From a virus, in IMG/VR virus record IMGVR_UViG_3300016657_000126, positions 88,885-152,884 of that record: DNA of 64,000 nucleotides. One strand, given 5' to 3'. Below the pieces are notes generated by a model that did not search any database, was not told where the DNA came from, and was given only the letters and a program-made list of their open reading frames with translations. The position numbers were made by a program, and so were the translations under genes. Positions 35,310-43,897 of the stretch are shown piece after piece; positions within the stretch are counted from its first letter, which is position 1, and every line of letters starts with the position of its first letter.

Positions 35310-37445
35310 TCAGCGATTTCCCGCGCGCTTGAGCAATTCGCCCATGCGGTGGATCTGGTTGGTATCCAGAGACTGGCCAGTCTTCGCGGCCTGGTCATTG
35401 AACGCGAGCAGCTGCTGGAGTTCGCTGTTCTCCTCGGGGCTCAACGGAGCGCCAGTCGCGCCGGGAGCGATGGTGGCGTTCTGCTGGATGGGCGGCTGCT
35501 GTTGGGGCGCCTGCTGCACAGCGGGCTGGATGGTCTGCTGCTGGGCGCCCTGAGCTACCGCGGCGTAGCCGGGCATCGCGGTGATGGCGCTCCACGGGAG
35601 GCTGTTGTCGCTGGGGGCGAACACCGCCGCGGGGTTAGTGCGCGCGAAGTTAACCGCATCGGCGATGGTCATGGGCGTTTGCATGACCGCCCCGTTGACC
35701 GCGGCGTAGATCATCACCGCGGGCGGCTGCTGCACGGGCGGCTGCTGCACGGGCGGCTGCTGCACGGGCGGCTGGTAGGCCTGCTGGACCGGCGCCTGTT
35801 GGATGGGGGCCTGCTGCGCGGGGGCGCCGAAGCCAGCGGGAGCGCCGCCACCGAAGCCCGCGGGAGCTCCGCCACCGAAACCGGCAGGAGCACCGGCAGG
35901 AGCACCGAAGCCAGCGGGAGCACCGGCAGGAGCACCGCCGAAGCCGCCAGCGGGAGCGCCGCCACCGAAGCCCGCGGGAGCACCGGCAGGAGCACCGAAG
36001 CCAGCGGGAGCACCGGCAGGAGCACCGCCGAAGCCAGCAGGCGCGCCAGCGGGAGCGCCGCCGAAGCCGCCCGCGGGAGCTCCGCCACCGAAACCGGCAG
36101 GGGCACCGCCGCCGAAGCCAGCGGGAGCACCGGCAGGAGCACCGAAGCCAGCGGGAGCACCGCCACCGAAGCCCGCGGGAGCTCCGCCACCGAAACCGGC
36201 AGGGGCACCGCCGCCGAAGCCAGCAGGCGCGCCAGCGGGAGCGCCGCCGAAGCCGCCAGCGGGAGCGCCGCCACCGAAGCCCGCGGGAGCTCCGCCACCG
36301 AAGCCAGCGGGAGCGCCGGTGGGGGCACCACCGAAGCCGCCAGCGGGCGCACCGCCGAAGCCACCGACAGGAGCGGCGCCCGCGGGGGCACCAAAACCGG
36401 CGGGAGTGTTGCCAAAGCCGCCCGCGGCAGCGCCGACAGCGGCACCAGGAATAGCGCCAGGCGCGCCGGTCATGCCGGTGCCTCCGCGCACATTGGCGCG
36501 GTGGCCGCAGGCGATGTGGATCAGCTCAAGCGGAAAGGCGCCGTCGCCGACCAACATGTCGACGATTTCCTGATACGACGGGATGCGCCAGATATCGAGC
36601 GAGCCGAGGTCGTAGCGATTGGCAAGCGCCTCCGGACCGACGGGAAACACGCGCTCGGTGCCGAGACAATTCTCGCGCTCGGTGAAGTGGAAGCCGAGGT
36701 AGGGAAATCCTCCGCTGTTGGGCGCGGGCGGAACGATTTTGATGCAGGTGAGCAAGCCGGTGTTCGGGTGCGTCACGTCGCCGAGCAGGAACTGTTGGAA
36801 GTTCGGGTCGCGCGGCTGCTGACCGTAGGAGGTGGGCCAGCTGAGCGTCTCCTTCAGCGCACCGAGCGACTGCGCCGAAGTCACCAACAGACCCTGCGTG
36901 AGTTGACCCTTGATTTGGGCGACTGCGTTCATCGCCGCCTTGACCTTGGGACGGCCGGGAAGCGGAACGATCTCCTTACCCGGACGGCGGGGATCCGCCT
37001 GCTTTTTGGTGAGACCGGCGAAGCGCGCATCGAGGCGAGCGGTGCGGGCGAGGTCCATGACCGGGCAAGGAGCCTGATCGGCGGTGATGCCGGCGAGGGT
37101 GAGCTGCTTGGGCGAGGTGAAGCTCATGCCGGAACGGCCGAGCCACTGATAGACGTAGCCGAGCACGAACCAGGAGGTAAAGGCCGGCGTGCCACCTTTG
37201 ACCTCGTTGTCCACGCGCCCGCTGTGCATGTCGCGGTAGGGGGCGAACGAGGTTTTGCGCGCCGCGTCGTGCGGGCTCATGTTGTCGTCCAGCGCCGGAA
37301 GGATGCGCGCCCACATGGGCTCCTTCTCGGTGGGGAAGATGGCGCGAACACCATCCTTGAAATACCGACCGGACGAATCGAATTCGTCGTCGACGACAGC
37401 AGCGGAACCAGCGGCAATGCGGTTGTTATTGGGAGCAGTAGACAT
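35310..37445 (-). CDS. Folded N-terminal domain plus long GFG/APAG low-complexity region and GYF_2-like domain (possible SSB/recombination mediator)
   Basis: 711 aa ORF between DNA polymerase and the RecA-like gene. The function is inferred from position only. Confidence 0.75.
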   Translation of the reverse strand: MSTAPNNNRIAAGSAAVVDDEFDSSGRYFKDGVRAIFPTEKEPMWARILPALDDNMSPHDAARKTSFAPYRDMHSGRVDNEVKGGTPAFTSWFVLGYVYQWLGRSGMSFTSPKQLTLAGITADQAPCPVMDLARTARLDARFAGLTKKQADPRRPGKEIVPLPGRPKVKAAMNAVAQIKGQLTQGLLVTSAQSLGALKETLSWPTSYGQQPRDPNFQQFLLGDVTHPNTGLLTCIKIVPPAPNSGGFPYLGFHFTERENCLGTERVFPVGPEALANRYDLGSLDIWRIPSYQEIVDMLVGDGAFPLELIHIACGHRANVRGGTGMTGAPGAIPGAAVGAAAGGFGNTPAGFGAPAGAAPVGGFGGAPAGGFGGAPTGAPAGFGGGAPAGFGGGAPAGGFGGAPAGAPAGFGGGAPAGFGGGAPAGFGGGAPAGFGAPAGAPAGFGGGAPAGFGGGAPAGGFGGAPAGAPAGFGGAPAGAPAGFGAPAGAPAGFGGGAPAGGFGGAPAGAPAGFGAPAGAPAGFGGGAPAGFGGGAPAGFGAPAQQAPIQQAPVQQAYQPPVQQPPVQQPPVQQPPAVMIYAAVNGAVMQTPMTIADAVNFARTNPAAVFAPSDNSLPWSAITAMPGYAAVAQGAQQQTIQPAVQQAPQQQPPIQQNATIAPGATGAPLSPEENSELQQLLAFNDQAAKTGQSLDTNQIHRMGELLKRAGNR
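35719..36430 (-). repeat. Coding tandem repeats: about 22 (A)PAG(G)FG(GG) units plus QQPPV units
   Basis: Plus strand shows repeated ccgaagccagcgggagc / gcaccggcaggagc and ggcggctgctgcacg units. Confidence 0.9.
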
Positions 37446-37462
37446 GATGAGAAATTAAGATT

Positions 37463-37687
37463 TTAAGTGGGATTCTGACTTTTGCGTTCGGACAAAACCT
37501 GGCGCGCTTTTGTTAGGTTGGCGCGACCGGCCGTGATTTTTGCCTGCGAGCGAGAACGCCCGCCTTTGGCTCCGCTGAGACTCAGGAAATTGCGAGTTTC
37601 TTGGGACAGCTTTGGACCTGCCGACTTTTTCCCTGAACGAGAACGGTCGGCGGCGCTCTCGCGTTTACGGGTTTGAAGTTTAGCCAC
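37463..37687 (-). CDS. Small basic protein
   Basis: 74 aa, K/R-rich, GAKGGRSRS.AK..A.RAN motif. Confidence 0.6.
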   Translation of the reverse strand: MAKLQTRKRESAADRSRSGKKSAGPKLSQETRNFLSLSGAKGGRSRSQAKITAGRANLTKARQVLSERKSQNPT

Positions 37688-37700
37688 GCTGACGAGTTCA

Positions 37701-37731
37701 ACAAGCCGCTTGTTATAGTCAAGCGGCTTGT
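37701..37731. promoter_or_regulatory. 12-bp inverted repeat over the polymerase stop codon
   Basis: acaagccgcttg-ttatagt-caagcggcttgt; contains minus-strand TTGACT. Confidence 0.5.
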
Positions 37732-40700
37732 CGGAATTCTTCCTTCAACCAGACCGGATCGTTCGCCCAAGTCGGGTCGTCGAGCAGCTTGAGCTGGTCC
37801 TTCGATGGGCGCGACGACCAGGCGAGATTGAACTCGCCGGACGCCGGATAGAACCAGACGCGCCCATGGTCGAACCACGTGTTCTTCTCCGTCATGTAGA
37901 TCTCGTGCAGCCTAGAGACAAGGAAGCGCTCCTCCACCGGGCAGATGGACACACACGAGTCGTAGAGGATGGTCATCAGCCTGGCGTGCATACCGCGCCG
38001 ACGATACTCGTCCACGAGGTTGATGCCGGCGCGCGCTGAAGTCGCAGCTACGGACTCTTGGCACGGGAAGTTGCGCGCCACGCGTCCCATCGCCGACAGC
38101 TGGGCGCGGCGATCGCGCCCGCTGATGGAACCACCGAGCATACCGTAACCGGCGAAGTGGCGCCGGCGACCAGACTGCGCGACGAGGAAACCCGGATGCT
38201 CAGGCGCGCGCTGCAGATCCTCTTCCAGCCATCGAGTAGCCACCGGCTCGCGCTTTGCGATCGCGCCGAGGATCTTCGAGCCGGTGCCCTCCGGCGGCTT
38301 GAATCCGGCGTCGGACTCGATCTTGCGCTCAAGGGTGGAGTCTACCGCGCCATAGGCGGTGTTGGAGACCAGCACGCCGTTCGCGGTGAAGCGATGCCGC
38401 GGACCGGCGTTCACCAGATCGTAGACCGGCTCCAACGTGAGCTCGAACCCACGGGCACGGAGCTCCGCGATCAGGACATCGCGGGGACGACCTCGGTAGC
38501 CGTTGACGCCGAGTATCGCCGCAGGATTTCCTCCAGCGGCGTTCCCTTGTCGAACAACGCCCTTGCATGCGACGCCGAGCACTGGATTTCCGGGTGGGTG
38601 GCCATGAACTCGCGAACTATTTTGGAGACGTTCGGGCGCGATGCCTTGGTCCTCGCGATTTCGGCGATTTCCGCCGCAGTCTTTCCCTGCTTCAGGAGCT
38701 TGACCAGATAGTTGAACGAGAGAGCCGAGTGCGCAGCGTGCAGACGCCTGGCCTCCGCGTAAGTGTTCTCGGCTTCCGGATTCGCCGACGACTTCTTCCA
38801 CTGAGCCAGGATTTGAGCTTCGGTCCAGCCCCTCCAGACAAGCTTGCGCACCTGAGCCCGAGCGAACCCCACCTCCGGATGCGCCGCCAAGAATGCGTCC
38901 GCCTTCGCGAAATCCGAATTCGCCCGTAGCTGCTCCTTGGTGCGATACTCCCCGGCATTCCACTTCTCCACCAGCTGCTCCTCCGTCAGACCGGAGAAGA
39001 GCAGATTGCGGACTGTCCTGAACGCCAGCTTCACCTCCGGATGCGCCGCAACGAACGCTCGCGTCTTCGCTCCAAATGATCGGATCGAAAGACGCGTGTT
39101 CTCGAGATTGGTCCGACGGTCCACCAGGCGAAGATTGTCCGGCGAGTAAGGGCCGTCGTTGTCGATCCGATCGAAATCCTTCCCCTTGAAGGTCTCGCCC
39201 GGCCACTTGCTGAGCGCCCACGAGATGAAGTGCTCCTTGTCCTGAAACAGCACCTGGATTCCCCGCCCCTTGTAGTTGTAGGAGCTGGCGTGCGTCCACG
39301 TGTTGCAACGCTGCTTCATGGACTGAAACCGCGTGCGAAGCCGATAGCGAATTTCGTCCTTCTTCGGCGCCTGACACGCACAACGAATGCCTTTGCCAGA
39401 TTCCAGATGGTGTAGCCATTTCTGACGCACCACCTCGCAGCGCGGGCAAAATGTCTGCACCGCCAGATTGCCTTTGCTGTTTCGAAACAGCGCCGGCCTC
39501 AGTTGCAAACCCTGCAAGCCGAGCTTGGCCAGCCTCGCTGCCAGTTCGGGCGAGATCGAGACCTGCCAAAGCAGCTTCTCCGAAGAAGACCTCTCTTCCG
39601 TCCATAAGCCAGACACCGTGGTCGACGGTGGCACGGAGTCCTTGGTATTCGATGATGTGCTGTTCACCTTTGCAGATAAGCCCTTCGTGGCGGACCCAGT
39701 CAACTCCGTCCCACAAAAGATCGAAATCTTTAGATACTTCCTTGATTTTCTTTACACCATTGTTTGTTAATACTCCCACATCAGCCGGCAAGCAACTGAA
39801 GTTTCCCACCTTTCCAATGCCGTCGCGGTCCTTCTTCTTGTTGAGATACTCGCGGGGCTTTTCCTGCACCCATTCCGCCAGCGACCAGTGAAGGTCGTGC
39901 TTGGGGTGGCGCAGCTTTCCGTCTTTGCGCAAGAGCTCGTGTTCCTCGACTTTGCGGATCACCTTGCCCTCCTTCATGAGGTGCATGATGGCCTGCGGGT
40001 TTCGATTACCCTCGGGGATGCCGCAGTCAGCGTCGTAACGCAGGCGAACCGGCATCGTCTCCGTCCCTTCCTTAACGAGACCAAACTGAGTGTCCGGCTC
40101 GGTCATGAGCCGGATCAGATTCTCGTCGCCGCTCATGAACGCCTTACCGCGGATCTCGGCCGTGTCATAGTCATACTCGACGATGCACCAGCCCTTCGAT
40201 CCGGGCACTGGAGGAAGGCTGCTGATGTCGACGCACCCGCGGATGGACGGGATGTTCTTACCCACCTTCTCCACGCGGTCGTCGAGTTTCGGATACTGCA
40301 TCGCGCCGACCAGATATTTCTCGAACTTCTCGGGCAGACGGTTGGCTTCCTTCAGTTCGAGCAGCAGCTTTCCGACGCCCTCCGATATGCGCTTGTTGAC
40401 GTAGCTCGGCCAGTTAAGCGTATTCGGTTTCCAGCTACGAGGACGCCCGGTGTCGGTCGTGCTATACTGACAGTGCACGCGTTGATCGCTGCACAGCCAG
40501 AAGTGAAGACCGTTCTCCTTGGTCACCTCGCCTGTCTCTTCGTCGATTTCGGGCTCCTTCAGGAACGCCTTGCTCAGGTTACCGACGGCATTGAGGTTCA
40601 GCAGCTCTCCGATCGTCTCGTGCTTGTCCGCGAGAATCTGCAGCGTCTGCTTGTCGGTGGACGGCGTGAACTCCTTCTGCCTAGCCGGGGTCATGGCCAT

Positions 40701-42452
40701 GACCTTCTCCCACGAAGTTGTCGGCAGGCCCTTCTCTTTGTTGTTGGTCGATTTCACCGGAGTGAGGCCGATCACGTCAAAGAGCCAGCGCCGCATCATC
40801 GGAGCGCTTCGGATGTTGAACCCCGGTGCCTCGCGCATGTGGTGGAAGAACGCCAGCGCCTGGTCCTTCTTTTCAGGCCCGACCAGGTCCAGCAACTTCC
40901 GCTCGGCCTCACCGTGCTTCAGCGCCTCAGGGCTGGTCAGCAGCTGGAGACACTCCAGACCGACGGTGAGCCCACGCATGCCGAACGCCCCCTGCAGGAA
41001 GCGGAGAAACAGCGTGCGCGCCTCGTTCGCCACCCGCTGCTTAAATCGGATGTTCAGCTCCTGCGTGGCGAACGTAAACAGATCACGCAGCTCGTCCATG
41101 CGCTGCACGTTCATCGGAAGTCCGACGATCGCGAAGTTGGTGAACACGTCGCTCACGAACGGGAGGAACGTGTTCATGAAGTAGGCCGCGGTGCCTTCGG
41201 CGACCATCCTGCGCAGCAAATACGGCCATGCGCGGTAAGGCGTCAGCACGTCGTAGCAGCCGTAGGGCTCAATCAGTTTGTCGGGCACGTAACCGAAGCC
41301 GTCGTCCTCGCTCTGGCGGTTAGCCTTATACCAGAGCATCAGCTCGATGTCGTAGCGACCAAACGGCGTGTAGCGGATAGACAACTCTTCCAAACCGCCG
41401 CCGACGTCTTCGTCGACTACCTGCTGACCGAACTCAGTGTCGAACTCCGTGCGTTGATACCACTCCAGATCCAGGAATTTATCCATCCACGGGTAGTCCG
41501 CGGAGATGTGATGACCTAGATAGCGCGTCTGCTTTTTATTCAACACGCGGCCGAGAATTTGTCCGCAAGTCTTGTAAGGCGCGTTCATCACATACTCCGC
41601 GCGCTCATTCATGAACTGAAAGAAGAACGCGCGCGTCGGTGTAGGCGCGGCTTGGAAACTCCTCAGAAGACCATCCACGTGACTGCGGCCTTTCCACTCA
41701 CAGTCCACGGAGAACAGGCTGTATTTCTTTTCCTCCCACTCACGCACAACATTCTCCATCTGCTCCGTGTTGCGCACGAAGGTCATCTCGGAGGGAATCA
41801 CGTCAACGACCACGCCGTTGATTTGATCCCACATCCGTTTCACCTGCTTCATGTCCACATTGAAGCGCTCGATATACTCCGGCTTGAACACCGGCAGCAT
41901 GATGTCGGGCATCAGGTAGACGCGCGCGTTGACTAGCGCCGAGTGAAACCAACCACCCTGCAAATCGCTGATCGACCCCTTCACATCCACCAACACATCG
42001 AACGCCGGCTTTCCAAGGCAGACGATGATCTTCGGCTGGACGCGCTTTATCTCGGCGAGCAACGCCGGGGTTGCCATAGCGATGGCGTCGCGGTCGGGCT
42101 TCTTGCGCTCTTCCTTTGGGAGGAGCCACTTCACCAGGGCCGTGAAGTAGCAGTCGTCCATGTCGATCGCCGCGTTGCGCGCGCAGTCGGTGAGAATGAC
42201 GCCAGACCCACTCTTCAGATAGCGCGGCTTGTCCTCGATGGAAGCTCCGGTGAACGTGCGCTCCCGGTCCATCGCCTCGTCCTCCTGCAGCGACGTCTGG
42301 ATGAACATCACGTCGCTCGGCGTCTTTCCCGCCCCGGCGACAAACAAGACGTCCGACCAGCGGCGCGTGGTCTTTACGTCATGCGGATGTTCCGTGGGTC
42401 TCGGTGTAGCCAAAGCCACCCGAGGTTTGAATGAGCGGCGTTCTTCAAACAT
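37719..42452 (-). CDS. Family A DNA polymerase with N-terminal UDG-like domain and 3'-5' exonuclease, intein-containing
   Basis: UDG-like EIKRVQPKIIVCLGKPAF; Exo SVDCEW, GHHISAD, YGCYD; TDTGRPRSWKPN; motif A YDYDTAEIR; motif B K.GNFS/TAYG split by the intein; RNFPCQ; motif C ILYDS. Confidence 0.93.
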   Translation of the reverse strand: MFEERRSFKPRVALATPRPTEHPHDVKTTRRWSDVLFVAGAGKTPSDVMFIQTSLQEDEAMDRERTFTGASIEDKPRYLKSGSGVILTDCARNAAIDMDDCYFTALVKWLLPKEERKKPDRDAIAMATPALLAEIKRVQPKIIVCLGKPAFDVLVDVKGSISDLQGGWFHSALVNARVYLMPDIMLPVFKPEYIERFNVDMKQVKRMWDQINGVVVDVIPSEMTFVRNTEQMENVVREWEEKKYSLFSVDCEWKGRSHVDGLLRSFQAAPTPTRAFFFQFMNERAEYVMNAPYKTCGQILGRVLNKKQTRYLGHHISADYPWMDKFLDLEWYQRTEFDTEFGQQVVDEDVGGGLEELSIRYTPFGRYDIELMLWYKANRQSEDDGFGYVPDKLIEPYGCYDVLTPYRAWPYLLRRMVAEGTAAYFMNTFLPFVSDVFTNFAIVGLPMNVQRMDELRDLFTFATQELNIRFKQRVANEARTLFLRFLQGAFGMRGLTVGLECLQLLTSPEALKHGEAERKLLDLVGPEKKDQALAFFHHMREAPGFNIRSAPMMRRWLFDVIGLTPVKSTNNKEKGLPTTSWEKVMAMTPARQKEFTPSTDKQTLQILADKHETIGELLNLNAVGNLSKAFLKEPEIDEETGEVTKENGLHFWLCSDQRVHCQYSTTDTGRPRSWKPNTLNWPSYVNKRISEGVGKLLLELKEANRLPEKFEKYLVGAMQYPKLDDRVEKVGKNIPSIRGCVDISSLPPVPGSKGWCIVEYDYDTAEIRGKAFMSGDENLIRLMTEPDTQFGLVKEGTETMPVRLRYDADCGIPEGNRNPQAIMHLMKEGKVIRKVEEHELLRKDGKLRHPKHDLHWSLAEWVQEKPREYLNKKKDRDGIGKVGNFSCLPADVGVLTNNGVKKIKEVSKDFDLLWDGVDWVRHEGLICKGEQHIIEYQGLRATVDHGVWLMDGREVFFGEAALAGLDLARTGSEAGQARLAGFATEAGAVSKQQRQSGGADILPALRGGASEMATPSGIWQRHSLCVSGAEEGRNSLSASHAVSVHEAALQHVDARQLLQLQGAGNPGAVSGQGALHLVGAQQVAGRDLQGEGFRSDRQRRPLLAGQSSPGGPSDQSREHASFDPIIWSEDASVRCGASGGEAGVQDSPQSALLRSDGGAAGGEVECRGVSHQGAATGEFGFREGGRILGGASGGGVRSGSGAQACLEGLDRSSNPGSVEEVVGESGSREHLRGGQASARCALGSLVQLSGQAPEAGKDCGGNRRNREDQGIAPERLQNSSRVHGHPPGNPVLGVACKGVVRQGNAAGGNPAAILGVNGYRGRPRDVLIAELRARGFELTLEPVYDLVNAGPRHRFTANGVLVSNTAYGAVDSTLERKIESDAGFKPPEGTGSKILGAIAKREPVATRWLEEDLQRAPEHPGFLVAQSGRRRHFAGYGMLGGSISGRDRRAQLSAMGRVARNFPCQESVAATSARAGINLVDEYRRRGMHARLMTILYDSCVSICPVEERFLVSRLHEIYMTEKNTWFDHGRVWFYPASGEFNLAWSSRPSKDQLKLLDDPTWANDPVWLKEEFRQAA
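38361..39794 (-). mobile_element. Intein (478 aa) in polymerase motif B
   Basis: Starts CLPADVGVLTNNG, has block B ATVDHGVW and block F VYDLVNAGPRHRFTANG, and ends LVSN followed by T+1. Confidence 0.92.
38471..39703 (-). CDS. HNH-type homing endonuclease nested in the +1 frame inside the intein (start uncertain)
   Basis: CPRC...CAC zinc motif, SMKQRCN, NYKGRGIQV, DRIDNDGPYSPDNLRL...N, then four ~40 aa helical repeats. Confidence 0.85.
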   Translation of the reverse strand: MTGSATKGLSAKVNSTSSNTKDSVPPSTTVSGLWTEERSSSEKLLWQVSISPELAARLAKLGLQGLQLRPALFRNSKGNLAVQTFCPRCEVVRQKWLHHLESGKGIRCACQAPKKDEIRYRLRTRFQSMKQRCNTWTHASSYNYKGRGIQVLFQDKEHFISWALSKWPGETFKGKDFDRIDNDGPYSPDNLRLVDRRTNLENTRLSIRSFGAKTRAFVAAHPEVKLAFRTVRNLLFSGLTEEQLVEKWNAGEYRTKEQLRANSDFAKADAFLAAHPEVGFARAQVRKLVWRGWTEAQILAQWKKSSANPEAENTYAEARRLHAAHSALSFNYLVKLLKQGKTAAEIAEIARTKASRPNVSKIVREFMATHPEIQCSASHARALFDKGTPLEEILRRYSASTATEVVPAMS

Positions 42453-42669
42453 CGGAGGAAGTGCACTTGCTTATGACTTCGGCGAGAAAGTCGTTCGCCG
42501 CAGAAATGTCCGCCGCCATCTTTACTTTCCCAGCTTCGTTGGCGGCCTTTATCAGCGCAGCGTTCGATGCACGGTCGGCGTCCCATTTCTCTCGCAAGCG
42601 CTGACGCGCATCCGGCGGGAGGCTTTTGAACTTGTTGACGATGTCTTCGACCGAAATTTTTGAGGCCAT
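42445..42669 (-). CDS. Small hypothetical protein
   Basis: Start at MASKIS immediately after the primase stop. Confidence 0.6.
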   Translation of the reverse strand: MASKISVEDIVNKFKSLPPDARQRLREKWDADRASNAALIKAANEAGKVKMAADISAANDFLAEVISKCTSSDV

Positions 42670-42670
42670 T

Positions 42671-43897
42671 TTATTGGATACCGAGGGCAAGATAACGAAG
42701 ATAGGCGATCTCGTTTTTGTCGCACTCGCCCAAGTCCTTTCGATGGGCGGGAGGACGCAGAGAGCGTGTTGCGATGAAGGTGACTGTCTGGCGGAAGTAG
42801 TCTTCGGCGTCGGCACCGCCGGCGTCGTTGTCCATGATCGATACGGCTTCTTGAGCACCCGCCGCTATCAGGCGCGCCTGCTCCGGGCTGACGAACTTAC
42901 CAGTGGCGCCGACCGCCGGCGGTCCGAATTTGGCGGCGTCTAGCGGACCTTCGGTGAGGACAATGCGCCGCACCCAACCAGGGTGACGCGCCGCCATCAT
43001 GTCGTTCCAGCGGAGCGCGGCGTCGTAGCAGAACAGCACTTCGTTGCGCGACATGGCGTCGGCCGAGCGATAGCGGGTTATCCGCTTCCAATCATCTCCA
43101 TAGTCGGGGCGGATTACTTTCGTTTTGTCGGGCCCGGCGTATTCGACAGGCACCCATTCGTGGCGGTAAGGATGCAGGAAGTAGGTGTAGCCCTGGTGCG
43201 CCTGTTGGAGAATACGCGCCTGCCATCCGATGCAGCTACCATGCTGACGCCCGAAAAGAATGAGGCGATTCTGAGGCGTGTCTTTCCATCCATCGGGTCC
43301 CTTGCGGTAGTAGCGCTTCAGCGTGCCCTCGGGTAGTTCGACGTGGCAAAACGAGGCCTCGAGCATGTCGTGCAGGACCGCCAGATCGTAGCCACGATCG
43401 ACAACATACCGGACAGCCGGATGGTCGGCGGGGAGGTCCTTCAAGAAGGTGCACTGTCCGGGCTCGCCGGGAACGCGGCGACCGAGGTGATCGGTGACCA
43501 GCTTCAGCTCGTTGTCGACGGCCGTCACCGACACGACGGACTGCGCGTCCGGAATGCCGCGGCTCTGAATCGGTGGGTAATCCAGGATATCGAGCATCGA
43601 GATCTTTTTACCCGACTTCATACACATGGCGCAGTCGTCGTTATCGTAACTTCCGAGGCGCCCCTCCCACTTGCCGGTGCCGAAATACTTGTCCAAGTTC
43701 ACAGCCCCGTGCATGGAGATGAGTTCCTTGCGCCCGTCCAGCTGCAGACGAAGCGGACTCGGGAAGTAGGCGTGGAGACCGCCAGTTTCCTGGCGTATGC
43801 TCACAGGTCCGTGAATGCGTGAAAGCGCTTCAACGAAACGCAACACCTTTGGGTCGAGCGCAGAGACGCCGGATCCGTATTTGATCGAGACGCTCAT
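42671..43897 (-). CDS. DnaG-like DNA primase (TOPRIM)
   Basis: YVVDRG, NRLIL, IGWQAR, LTEGPLDA, MDNDAGG, KDLGE. Confidence 0.85.
   Translation of the reverse strand: MSVSIKYGSGVSALDPKVLRFVEALSRIHGPVSIRQETGGLHAYFPSPLRLQLDGRKELISMHGAVNLDKYFGTGKWEGRLGSYDNDDCAMCMKSGKKISMLDILDYPPIQSRGIPDAQSVVSVTAVDNELKLVTDHLGRRVPGEPGQCTFLKDLPADHPAVRYVVDRGYDLAVLHDMLEASFCHVELPEGTLKRYYRKGPDGWKDTPQNRLILFGRQHGSCIGWQARILQQAHQGYTYFLHPYRHEWVPVEYAGPDKTKVIRPDYGDDWKRITRYRSADAMSRNEVLFCYDAALRWNDMMAARHPGWVRRIVLTEGPLDAAKFGPPAVGATGKFVSPEQARLIAAGAQEAVSIMDNDAGGADAEDYFRQTVTFIATRSLRPPAHRKDLGECDKNEIAYLRYLALGIQ

Noticed and set aside
35820-36430. Possible CRISPR array
   Set aside because: The units are codon-phased with synonymous variation and have no unique spacers, so this is a coding repeat.
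35265-37466. 733 aa plus-strand ORF and other frames over the GFG repeat
   Set aside because: These are antisense or alternative-frame shadows of a GC-rich repeat. Only the minus-strand 35310-37445 frame has a folded domain, fits the tiling and ends at a terminator.
39888-41519. Long plus-strand ORFs (this one, and also 33922-35268, 21594-22925, 28454-29680, 52254-53579, 2480-3469)
   Set aside because: They lie antisense to motif-supported genes, show no recognisable domains, and are expected with high GC3.
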